A DNA stretch of 64,000 nt from Selaginella moellendorffii (taxonomy: Eukaryota > Plantae > Lycopodiophyta), in assembly GCF_000143415.4 (NCBI RefSeq), contig NW_003314343.1, positions 682,813-746,812 on the forward strand, given 5' to 3'. Both the position numbers and the translations under genes were made by a program. The number at the start of each line of letters is the position of its first letter. Position 1 is the stretch's first letter. This document shows positions 41,501 to 50,300 of the stretch, in pieces. The notes under the pieces are model-generated. The model saw only the letters and a list, made by a program, of their open reading frames with translations, did no database searches and had not been told where the DNA came from.

Positions 41501-42080
41501 CCGAAACGAAGCCCTGTCAATCGAACCCTCAACAGTTTTGCTCCTTGTGTTTGATTCCAAAGGATGCGGCCGAAGGTGTCTTTAGGCACCGAATGTACAC
41601 TTCAATTTTGGTATGTGGCGCTGCGTACTCTTGTCTGGAAGGCTTAGTTGTTTTTCTTTCCTGTCTACCAGATCAAGACATGTCCAGAACAGGAGGAAGT
41701 TATTAGACTCGTGGAATTTTGTTCCTGGCGTAATGAAACGTTTAGTGTGGTAAGTTGTTGCTCGTTCGTATGTTGGAAGCCGAACTAACTGTGACTCCGT
41801 GCAGGCCGTGTTGCAAGATGTAATGGAGGCCCTTCATCACGCTGTAAATAGTGAAGCATTGAAACCTATTCTATCACTCGCGTACAGGCTTTTGCAACTT
41901 GGAGATAGCTTGCAAGCGGTAAAGCTAAAGCTGATTTGTCACAGAGAACTGATCCAGCTGATGTTTTTATTCCCAACAGACGAGACAAGAGGTTCTTCTC
42001 CTCGGTTACGAGAGTTTCCCCAATGGAGTTCTGGACCTTCTAGTCAGCAAGGTACGAAACCAAAAGCTCCAGAGTGAATC

Positions 42081-42116
<36 letters not shown>

Positions 42117-42380
42117 GCAGTAGCGGTCCACAAGAGGTACTGCCTGATCAAATTCATTGTCAAGCTGGTCGATTTGTTCCCCGCGTCCCGTGTGCACGTC
42201 CTAAGTCGGAAGCAGGACTGGAGGCGAGCCGTGGATTGGCTGCAACAGGAGCTCCACGGGATTGGGCTGAGCGGCAGCATTGCGCCGGTGTCCAACGAGG
42301 ACCTCTCCAATGGCTATCTGATGAGGACGAGCACCGCGGAATGGACCTTGACATCGGCTCGCAAGCTGCTAAGTTGCTAG
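32504..42380 (+). CDS. Large ubiquitin-specific protease, USP9X/Fat-facets (USP9/24/34)-like, many short introns
   Basis: Cys box [29 protein letters not shown], zinc ribbon YCDECGRKV, His box GVVVHSGTAFAGHYYSYI, WIAFDDKRV. Has a long helical N-terminus, a Ubl-like segment near 36080-36340 and a C-terminal WRRAVDWLQQEL...SNEDLSNGYLMRT. Confidence 0.92.
42086..42113 (+). repeat. (GT)n microsatellite abutting the last 3' splice site of the USP gene
   Basis: About 14 GT units immediately followed by GCAG. Confidence 0.9.
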
Positions 42381-42629
42381 AGGATACAAATATCCCCATC
42401 TTCTTCTTTGTGTATTATATTACCACAGGCAAAAAAAAGAAACTATCTTCTTCAGGGCAGTCCCACGGCTAATTTCCCCGCGTGAATACAAATAACATGG
42501 ATTGTCCTTGCATTCTAGTACACATTAGTTGAACAGCTCGCTCTTGCTTCTCTCACAGCTCTTGTTTTCGTTCATTGTCTCTGGCGCGGCTCTTGCTCTC
42601 TTGCTTCGTTCACCACGGCTCCTGGCGCA

Positions 42630-42935
42630 GCAGAGATGGATAATGCTGAAGCTCTACACCGCCCGCGCATTTCGATGAGCTTGTTGGAGAGGAAGACACC
42701 GCCGCTGGAAGACAAATCCTTTCAACTCACAACGCATGCGTGTGGCAGCGACGAAGAAATCCGCCGCCATGCACTGCCCGGCCTCGCCCGCGTGGGAGCA
42801 CGGCGCAGCCGTGGTTCGCGAGAGCATGGAGTTCCAGGCCACCGTGTTTTTGGTAGTGATCCTATCGAAGCATCGCTTGGCAGCGCCAATCCTAGATCCC
42901 TGGCGGCCGTGACGCTCTGGACGAGCTCTAGGCAC
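42630..42935 (-). pseudogene. PPR gene fragment
   Basis: GRIGAAKRCFDRITTKNTVAWNSMLS is a typical plant PLS-class PPR motif. Frameshifted. Confidence 0.7.
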
Positions 42936-42959
42936 TTTCTCTTGGGTAAGTTTTTAAAA

Positions 42960-43811
42960 TTTCTTCTTCTTCGAGTCTTAATTATTTTTCATGTAGCTTT
43001 GTTATTTTGGATGCTTATCACTTCTACAAGAGTTTCTAGCTTCCATTTGCACTTTGGAAATTTTCATGTACCTGAAGCCACTTTAATTATCAAGGATCCA
43101 AGGTCTAGAGACCCCAGAGCTTCTCCACAATTTTCCTTGATTGTGGACAGGTTCACTTGGGTGCAATCCAATGAGCTCCAAAAGGCAAGAGTAGCTGAAT
43201 GGTTTAGCGAATATCAATGTGCTGACTTTGCTAGTGAATGGGATTATAGTTATTCCGAGGGGCATTGTAACATTAACGTGACTTATGGAGGTGGTGAAGC
43301 AGGCATAATAGGCTATATGGCTGAGGCATATGATATAGCAATAGGTGGTACCACAGGAATTGTAGTACCGCATGGCCTGTTCCTTAATGCTACTCCATTG
43401 GGCAAAGTGACCAGGATTGCCGGAATATTGTCTCATGGGCTTCATGAATCTTCTTTTTTCAGCCAGATGAGCAAGACAAATAACATCAAAAGCATGGAAA
43501 TCTGTAGCGTTTATAACGAGACAACAGATCGCTTGAATGGGACGATGCAATTTAAGGGTGGTGCATTTGACACAAAGCGGCTACAAAGGATTAATATTAC
43601 AAATTATGTTAGAAATAATCATTGGGGAGTTCACCTAAATAGCATGACAATAAATGGGTTCACTATAGGAAAAGAGTGTGATCAAGATGTTATTTTCGAC
43701 ACAGGAAGTTCTTATGCCGCATTGGCAGGTGACTGCTACAAAACAGTCAAGGATACCTTTATCAAAAACATTCCTTGGCCTGTTTACAAAGCACCAGAAA
43801 ATCACTCAACG
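42960..43811 (+). pseudogene. Truncated A1 (pepsin/nepenthesin-like) aspartic protease
   Basis: Signal-like hydrophobic stretch, degenerate first site FSLIVD---RFTWVQ, C.INVTYGGG flap, AGILS.G...SFFSQM, WGVHLNSMTING and VIFDTGSS. The C-terminal part is missing. Confidence 0.75.
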
Positions 43812-44879
43812 TTAGAAGTAATACCTCTTTTTCCGCTGTTCATACCACTCCAGGAAACGCCTCATCCCTGTATCAAAGCTGATGTAGTGATCCAACAGAT
43901 AGAGCTGAGTAGGAGCGACGTAAGAAACCTCCCATGGTGGCGGATTCAGGTTGTCCGCCTCCTCGACCAATGCCTCCTTGCCTGTCAACCTGGAAACGAC
44001 CTCGATCACTTGCCTGAACGATAGAGGTGGCTCTGGAGTGCCGATGTCCACCACAGTGACAACACCGGGAACATGAGCGATTCCCAACACCATCTGTTTC
44101 ATGACTTTGACAGCATCATCGACGTGGATGTAGTTCTGGTTTCCGATCCTCTGCCGCCAAAGAGGGACCTTCTGCCCGCCAACAATCTGCTCGGCAAACT
44201 TGAAATACGGGAAATCAGGCCGTCCGAACTCTCCATAAACAGTACTAAATCGCCATTCTATAACAGGAAGATGTAGCAAGCCCGCCTTGAGAGCTGCAAG
44301 TTCTTCCCCCGATCGAGACGACGGCATGTAGAAGCGGTTGGGGCTGGCAAAGAAGACACCACGCACAGAGTCGCTCGTCGTGGCTGCGTCGATGGTCCCG
44401 CCCAGAGTGCGCTGGTTGATGGGCAGGCAGTAGGCATGCTCCTGCTGTGAGAAATCCACGATGGCATGGGGCCTGGCAAGCTTGACCACGTTGGCGACCA
44501 GATCCTTGGCAGTCACATTCCCGTAGATCATGTGCACTCCAGCCTTGTCAAGCAGCCTGGATCTCTCGGTGTGCCTGGCATCGATCCCCACAACACGGAC
44601 CTTGGGCTTCTCATTTCCCTGCAAACCCAGAGCAAGGTGATAGCCGAGGAAGCCGCTTGCCCCCACCACGACGACCCTGATCGGCTTCTCCTTTTCCTTG
44701 CGGAGCTGGACAGTCATCGAGATACCCATGGCGAGCATGGCGGCTGCAAGAATGGCGACGAGGGCCAGCATGATCTGAAGCCACGAGAAATCACCGCCTG
44801 AGCGCCTCCGAGCCAGATGCGCACGACAGGCGGGGATGATCCCGATTCCCCTCACGGCCAGCTCCATCGCGCGCTCCAT
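43812..44879 (-). CDS. Membrane-anchored NAD-dependent epimerase-like SDR (GAE-related, atypical active site), 355 aa from first ATG
   Basis: TM helix WLQIMLALVAILAAAMLAMGISM, VVVGASGFLG, WRFSTVYGEFGRPDFPYFKF, NYIHVDD, GMRRFLEWY. Intronless and intact. Confidence 0.85.
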   Translation of the reverse strand: MERAMELAVRGIGIIPACRAHLARRRSGGDFSWLQIMLALVAILAAAMLAMGISMTVQLRKEKEKPIRVVVVGASGFLGYHLALGLQGNEKPKVRVVGIDARHTERSRLLDKAGVHMIYGNVTAKDLVANVVKLARPHAIVDFSQQEHAYCLPINQRTLGGTIDAATTSDSVRGVFFASPNRFYMPSSRSGEELAALKAGLLHLPVIEWRFSTVYGEFGRPDFPYFKFAEQIVGGQKVPLWRQRIGNQNYIHVDDAVKVMKQMVLGIAHVPGVVTVVDIGTPEPPLSFRQVIEVVSRLTGKEALVEEADNLNPPPWEVSYVAPTQLYLLDHYISFDTGMRRFLEWYEQRKKRYYF

Positions 44880-44989
44880 CGCGCGCTCGCTAGAATGTGC
44901 CAAATGTGAGCGCAATGTTAGGGCTAAAACAAAAGAAAATAAATAAATTTTGCCAAGGGGATAAAGTTATATTCGTCACGTATCCTAGG

Positions 44990-45230
44990 CCGGATGTTTC
45001 CAGAGATGGAGGTCCACAAGATTGTTGAGGCACTTCCGATCCATAAGGAATGCCTGCTCCGAGGATTGCTGGCGAGTATGCCCTTTCCCCCGGACGAGGT
45101 GGCTTGCAAGACTGTTCTTGCGGCGTGCGGATCTATCGCGATCTGGAGCGAGCAATCAGAGTCGCAGACGCGATGATGATTGATGAAAGGCCAAGCGTCC
45201 CTCTGCAGAGATTGCAGGAGACACTCTGGT
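44990..45230 (+). pseudogene. PPR E-domain-like fragment
   Basis: LLASMPFPPDEVACKTVLAAC, with frameshifted IYRDLERAIRVA. Confidence 0.65.
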
Positions 45231-45244
45231 AAGGGGACAAGGTC

Positions 45245-45930
45245 ATTTTATTTCTTTGCGACCTTCCTGTACATTTACGAATCCAGCCTCTTCAAAACTT
45301 GGAAAGAAAGCACCAGCACAATCGATGTCATAAAGGAAAGAAAAATCTGCGGGTTTCTTACCATCTTCAAGAGGGCGACTTCCTTTGCCAAACTTTCAAT
45401 ATACAACAGTTCCAGACAGTAGTTCTGAAAATGACAAGAACAGTTGACATAACACAACCGAAAGAAACAACTCACTTTAAACATGGAACCTTCTCCAAGT
45501 GAGAGCTTTCGTTTCCCTGGCTCCTCCCGAGTTGCATGACTTCTTCGTATCCTTCGATTTCTCTTCCACTGTGGAAGCAATTTTGATCTGTAAATACCAT
45601 GTTTAGCTGAGGAGAAACAAGAAAGCATAGCAAACCTGAATAGCAGTCGTAGCCTCAAGAAGCATCCTTTGCTGTCGCCCACTTGCTTTCGTGTTTCTAC
45701 CTTCTTCATTGTACTGGGCTCATCAATACATACACTTTCTCGAGTCAAGAGAGTACCTCTTCTTCCGAAGATTCCAGCTCCAACTCGTCACTCGCCAGAT
45801 CTCCTTCCTGAGCACCAGCGTTGCACGGAAGCGGTGGCTGAGGCACCGCTGTCATGGCCAACCCGAAAACAAGTTCACACAAGAGCAGAAACGCTTAAGA
45901 TGTTGTCATCCGGTGGAGGCTAAGCATATC
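45245..45930 (-). other. Possible spliced gene fragment of unknown function
   Basis: Exon-like blocks bounded by AG/GT on the minus strand (e.g. NYCLELLYIESLAKEVALLKM|gtaag and MTAVPQPPLP...ELELESSEEE|gtac). Confidence 0.3.
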
Positions 45931-46066
45931 TGAAACATAAGAACAGAAAATGGACAGACGTAGTCTAGGTGATGTGGAAGATGGTTCACGCACGAATGAC
46001 TTCCATCTCAGCACCTGATTAGGAGTAAATTATAATTTGACGAAATTACCCTAGTTTAGGGCTCGA

Positions 46067-46996
46067 ATGTCTTTTTTATTGCTCATTGTCTTTGTACTTT
46101 TGCTAATTGGATGGGCAATCTTCCAGCTGAAAAAGAAGAAGGAACTTCGGGTTTTGATTGTGGGTGCAAGTGGTTTCCTTGGTAGCCAACTTGCTTTGGG
46201 ATTGGCGGCACACAATCATCGCAACCTCCGATTTGTGGTGACCGGTTTGGATTTGGTGCGTTCAAAGAGGACTCTTCTTCTGGAGAACAAGGGCATTGAA
46301 GTGATTATTGGAAGTGCAACAGATCCAAAGCTGGCCATGTCAGTGATGAGGAGTAAAAAGCCAAACATTGTGGTGGATTTTACACAGCGGGAGCATAGCT
46401 GGAGTTTAGAGGACAATGAAAGAACTATAAAGTCATTGATTGATGCAGCATGCAGTGTTCCATCAACCCAAGGTTTCTTTTTTGCAAGCCCTAATCGGTT
46501 CTACATACCATCAAGCCGGTCTGGGGAAAAGCTGGTGGAATCTTTGGCACCAGAGCTACCATTTCCAATTGTGGAGTGGAGGTTTAGTACAGTTTATGGG
46601 AGATACGGTCGTCCTGATTTTCCATATTACACATTTGTTGATCAGATTGTGCATGGGGCTCTGGTTCCACTCAGTAGAGGGCGACAAAATTATATATACA
46701 TTGATGATGCAGTGACTCTGATGATCAATAGTATCTTGTCAACTCACAGCATTGGAATGGTGAATCTTTTTGACATTGGGACACCATGGCGGCCTATCTC
46801 TTTTAGACGCGTGATTAAAGCTATTGCAAGGCTTACAAACAAGGAAGCTAATGTTGAAGAAGTAGCTAATTTTAATCGGCCACCCTGGGAGGTACCTTAT
46901 GAACCTCCAACAAAGCTCTTGCTCCTTGAATCATATACGCCATTTGAGACTGGTATGAGCTCATTCATAGAGTGGTTCCAGAAGAATGAAGGATAA
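46067..46996 (+). CDS. Membrane-anchored NAD-dependent epimerase-like SDR (GAE-related, atypical active site), 309 aa
   Basis: N-terminal TM MSFLLLIVFVLLLIGWAIF + KKKK, VLIVGASGFLG, WRFSTVYGRYGRPDFPY, NYIYIDD, GMSSFIEWF. Intronless and intact. Confidence 0.88.
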   Translation: MSFLLLIVFVLLLIGWAIFQLKKKKELRVLIVGASGFLGSQLALGLAAHNHRNLRFVVTGLDLVRSKRTLLLENKGIEVIIGSATDPKLAMSVMRSKKPNIVVDFTQREHSWSLEDNERTIKSLIDAACSVPSTQGFFFASPNRFYIPSSRSGEKLVESLAPELPFPIVEWRFSTVYGRYGRPDFPYYTFVDQIVHGALVPLSRGRQNYIYIDDAVTLMINSILSTHSIGMVNLFDIGTPWRPISFRRVIKAIARLTNKEANVEEVANFNRPPWEVPYEPPTKLLLLESYTPFETGMSSFIEWFQKNEG

Positions 46997-48479
46997 ACAA
47001 TAAATCATTTATACTAAACTACACTAAAAATAAATAAATTTTTAGTTAATGAGTTGGACAATTGATGATCTCCAGCCGTACTACTTGTTCTAGAGCAAGA
47101 GCAACCTGTGACCAGAGTGGAATCAGGCACGTCACCACCATCTTACATCATTTAAGGTCAATGGTTCATTAAGTTTAAGGTCAAGCTTTGAGGCAGTTAG
47201 TCCACAATGGCAGCTAGTAGTTATGACTGCACATGGCTAAGGTTGGGCATCCACTCATTGTGCCAAGGCATTGGAGATTCTCTAACTCTCTAGTGTTGAA
47301 TGGACTTTGGGGATCTAGGTATTGGTTTGTGTCTCCTTGTGGTAATCCTATCTCCCATTCTCCATTCTGATTCTTGCACCTTGCCTTTGTCTCCTAGTTC
47401 TTGGCAAGGGATCTGGTTTGGACCCATAGAGATATGTCTATTATACAATTGAAGGTACTTCTTGATAGTATTCTCAAGAGATTACTAGAGATTACTAGAG
47501 ACATGACACTAGGGTTAAATCTCAAGAGGATCAGGCCACCAAAAGGTATATTTTATCCTTTATTCCAACTTCATCTTAAGCAAGTTAATCAAGTATTATT
47601 TTCCCTTTGTATTTCTTCATCTTCATTTTGTGTTAAATGCCTCTTTACAGCCTCATCAAATGCTCTTTTCATACCACCACAAACCATTGTAACCATTTCA
47701 ACTCCAAACTTTAAAACTTTAAACCATCTAACTCTAAATTTTCAAACTCTAAACTAACTAATTCCAAGCCATCCAACTCCATTCAGTTGTAGAGAAGAAG
47801 AGGCAAGGAAGGAAAATAAATGTGGCATGTAAGTGTTCTTTGATACTTTAGTGAACAAACTTTGAGATGTTTCATTTGGTTTTTTTTATTGTACTAGTGA
47901 ACTAATTTAATCTTCATCTTCTAAAGAATCAATCTCTCTTAGAAATTGATCATGGACGAGTTGCTTTGCTCGAATTTGGAATAATATTTGTGCTTGAGCA
48001 TCACAATGTTTAACATTTCTCTGTGCTTCTGTTTTCAGTCAAATTCCACTAGCTTTAAGTTGATCAAAGCCATCTAATGCATGTTGTAATTCATCTCTAG
48101 AATTTAGATTTTCTACTTTAATTTGATATAGTTTATATATTGTTGTACAATTGATTTATTTGACACCTTGTGCTTCAAGTGATTGAATGCGTTCTGATGC
48201 TTCCTTCTCAAATTGAATTCATCTTATTAGCTCCTTAACTTGATCAATCCATGAAAAAGATCAAATCTATCACTATGAGTTATACACATGTTGTGTAAGA
48301 TACAACATACAGTGATGTGATCTTTGATATTGTCAAGTCTTGAATTATTTCGTTTCACGAGAATCTAAAACCTAACAAAAAGCAACAAATAATCATCTTT
48401 AGTTATAATATAAAGCAAAATTATGTTGATTTTAATATGCTAAAAGCTCTTTCCACCGCCATTCTTGTGTTTGATTAAA

Positions 48480-49100
48480 TGAAGTTTCAATTTTGCTGCC
48501 ATCTGTTTAACCTGTCTTTTGATCCCTTATATGAACTAAACATATATAAATGTCTTCTACTAACACAGATTTCCTAAGGTGTCCTTAAAGCAGCTATAGA
48601 CTAACCGATTGTGACAACTATCGGCCCATCTAAAATCAAAATCCCAAATCAAGAGTCTTATAGAAACTATAATTTGTATAATAACAGAATGAAACCCTTT
48701 TCTGTTAAAATATTATTGTGGATTTTTAAAGAAATCACTAGTATATAATTCTCATCAATTGCTCCAATTACATATGGTATACCTCTTAGCTCCTTAAATT
48801 CCTTTGCAACACAATTGTCAAAGCAATAACAACCTTAGTCTTTACCAAAATAGCCCTTTGAAGCCTAGTATCTTCAATAAATAACCATTTAAAAAGTCTT
48901 TCATTGAAATGTTTTTTAAAAACTCATAACCTTCTCTTGAACATCTTGTCACTGTAAGATTGGACCAAAGTATAACCTATGAAAGAGCTAAACCTTTCAT
49001 AAGCCCATACTTTTGGAGATTGACAAGATTTCCTCCTTACTTGCTCAACAGCTATAGCTAATAAATCAAGCCAAAATTTCAATAGAATAAGATTGCAATT
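48480..49100 (-). mobile_element. Degenerate PIF/Harbinger transposase remnant
   Basis: Minus strand VAKEFKELRGIPYVIGAID (~48810-48752; cf. GFP..IGAIDG) and IWDFDFRWADSCHN (~48655-48610; cf. GWPGS.HD). Confidence 0.6.
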
Positions 49101-49865
49101 GGTAAAATCAGGAAATAAAACATTAAGTTAATAGAACAAGATAGTAGCAAATAGAAATTTTTGTTTGAAATCCTTCTCTAGAATTTCAATCATCAATCCT
49201 TAAATTTGTGATTTGAATTTGAATTGTAACATGTGGCAATATACTAATGCTTACTAATAGAATAAAACTTTTGTGTGGTAGATTATTTTAAGCCCAAAAC
49301 TTCAAATTTCCCAGTGGAATATAGGCCTTATTAAAAAAAAAAACGAATATAATTAATGGCAAAAACCATATTAATTACAATGGAGAACATTAAGCATCAA
49401 ATGCTAAGCACCGTAGAAGAGCAAGACTCAGCAAGTGAAGTGATTTATTTTAGTTTTGGCATATTTGGAAGCCAATGAGTATAAAACTTATTTGAGGCTA
49501 CTTCACTAGTGGAAGTGGCTATTGTATCAACTGGATGATATGCTTAAATTAGGTCAGCAAAAATCTTTGATTAATAATTTACCTTGTAATATTTAAAACA
49601 AAGTATGAGAGATATTAAAAGATAATATTGTCAAGATAACAGCAAAATATTCTACTCATTTTCATAAAGGAAAATTTCTATAAACTCATAAGCTTAATGC
49701 AAGTTCCAATCTTAATCAAATTTATATTTGCATTACCAATCAAGATACAAGCTTCTATTTCTCAAGTTATGATTCAAGACATTGATTTAGCAGCTATTCA
49801 AGTAGTTCATATTGTTGCCTTAGTGTAGAGGCATTCTTAAACCACAACATATGACATTTATAAAT

Positions 49866-50300
49866 TATTGTGAATGTTATTGCCGGTATAAAAAGTTTAT
49901 TCCTTTTGAATATTCTTCTTATACTGCCACAACAGTAAGAGATTGATATTGCTGGTTCCTTTTTTAGTCCCTCTTGTTCAAGTGTTAGAAAATTGGGCTT
50001 AGCATTTATACTTAATTAGATGAATATAAAATAGGAACTTATTTTTCTGTTGAGCATACCTAGTCTGGCTTTTAGTTTTCTTTTGTTTTATTTTGCACTA
50101 GCTTAATAAAAACCTCTGTAATATTGAGTTTGGTCCATTAATATTCGTTAGGTGATAGTGTATTGTGTTTGTCAAGACACTCTTGCTATCATTTCCCCAT
50201 GTATTGGTTCCATTCGGTCCAAATGTATAGTAAAGATAGTGGGTGATTAGGCATGGCCAACTAACCTAAGGCATAGTTTAGCTCTGTTTGTGTGCATAGT
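49866..50300 (+). mobile_element. Degenerate, internally deleted family B LTR in plus orientation
   Basis: Begins with TTGTGAATGTTA..GGTATAAAAAGTT (cf. TGTCGCGAATGTGACTTCGGGTATCGAAAGTT). Reverse-complement similarity to 50320-50975. Confidence 0.65.

Noticed and set aside
42470-42530. Helitron 3' end (CTAGT after a hairpin)
   Set aside because: Hairpin pairing is too poor and no matching 5' end was identified.
42636-44024. 462-aa ORF as a single genuine protein
   Set aside because: It concatenates an antisense PPR remnant, a protease fragment and antisense SDR sequence.
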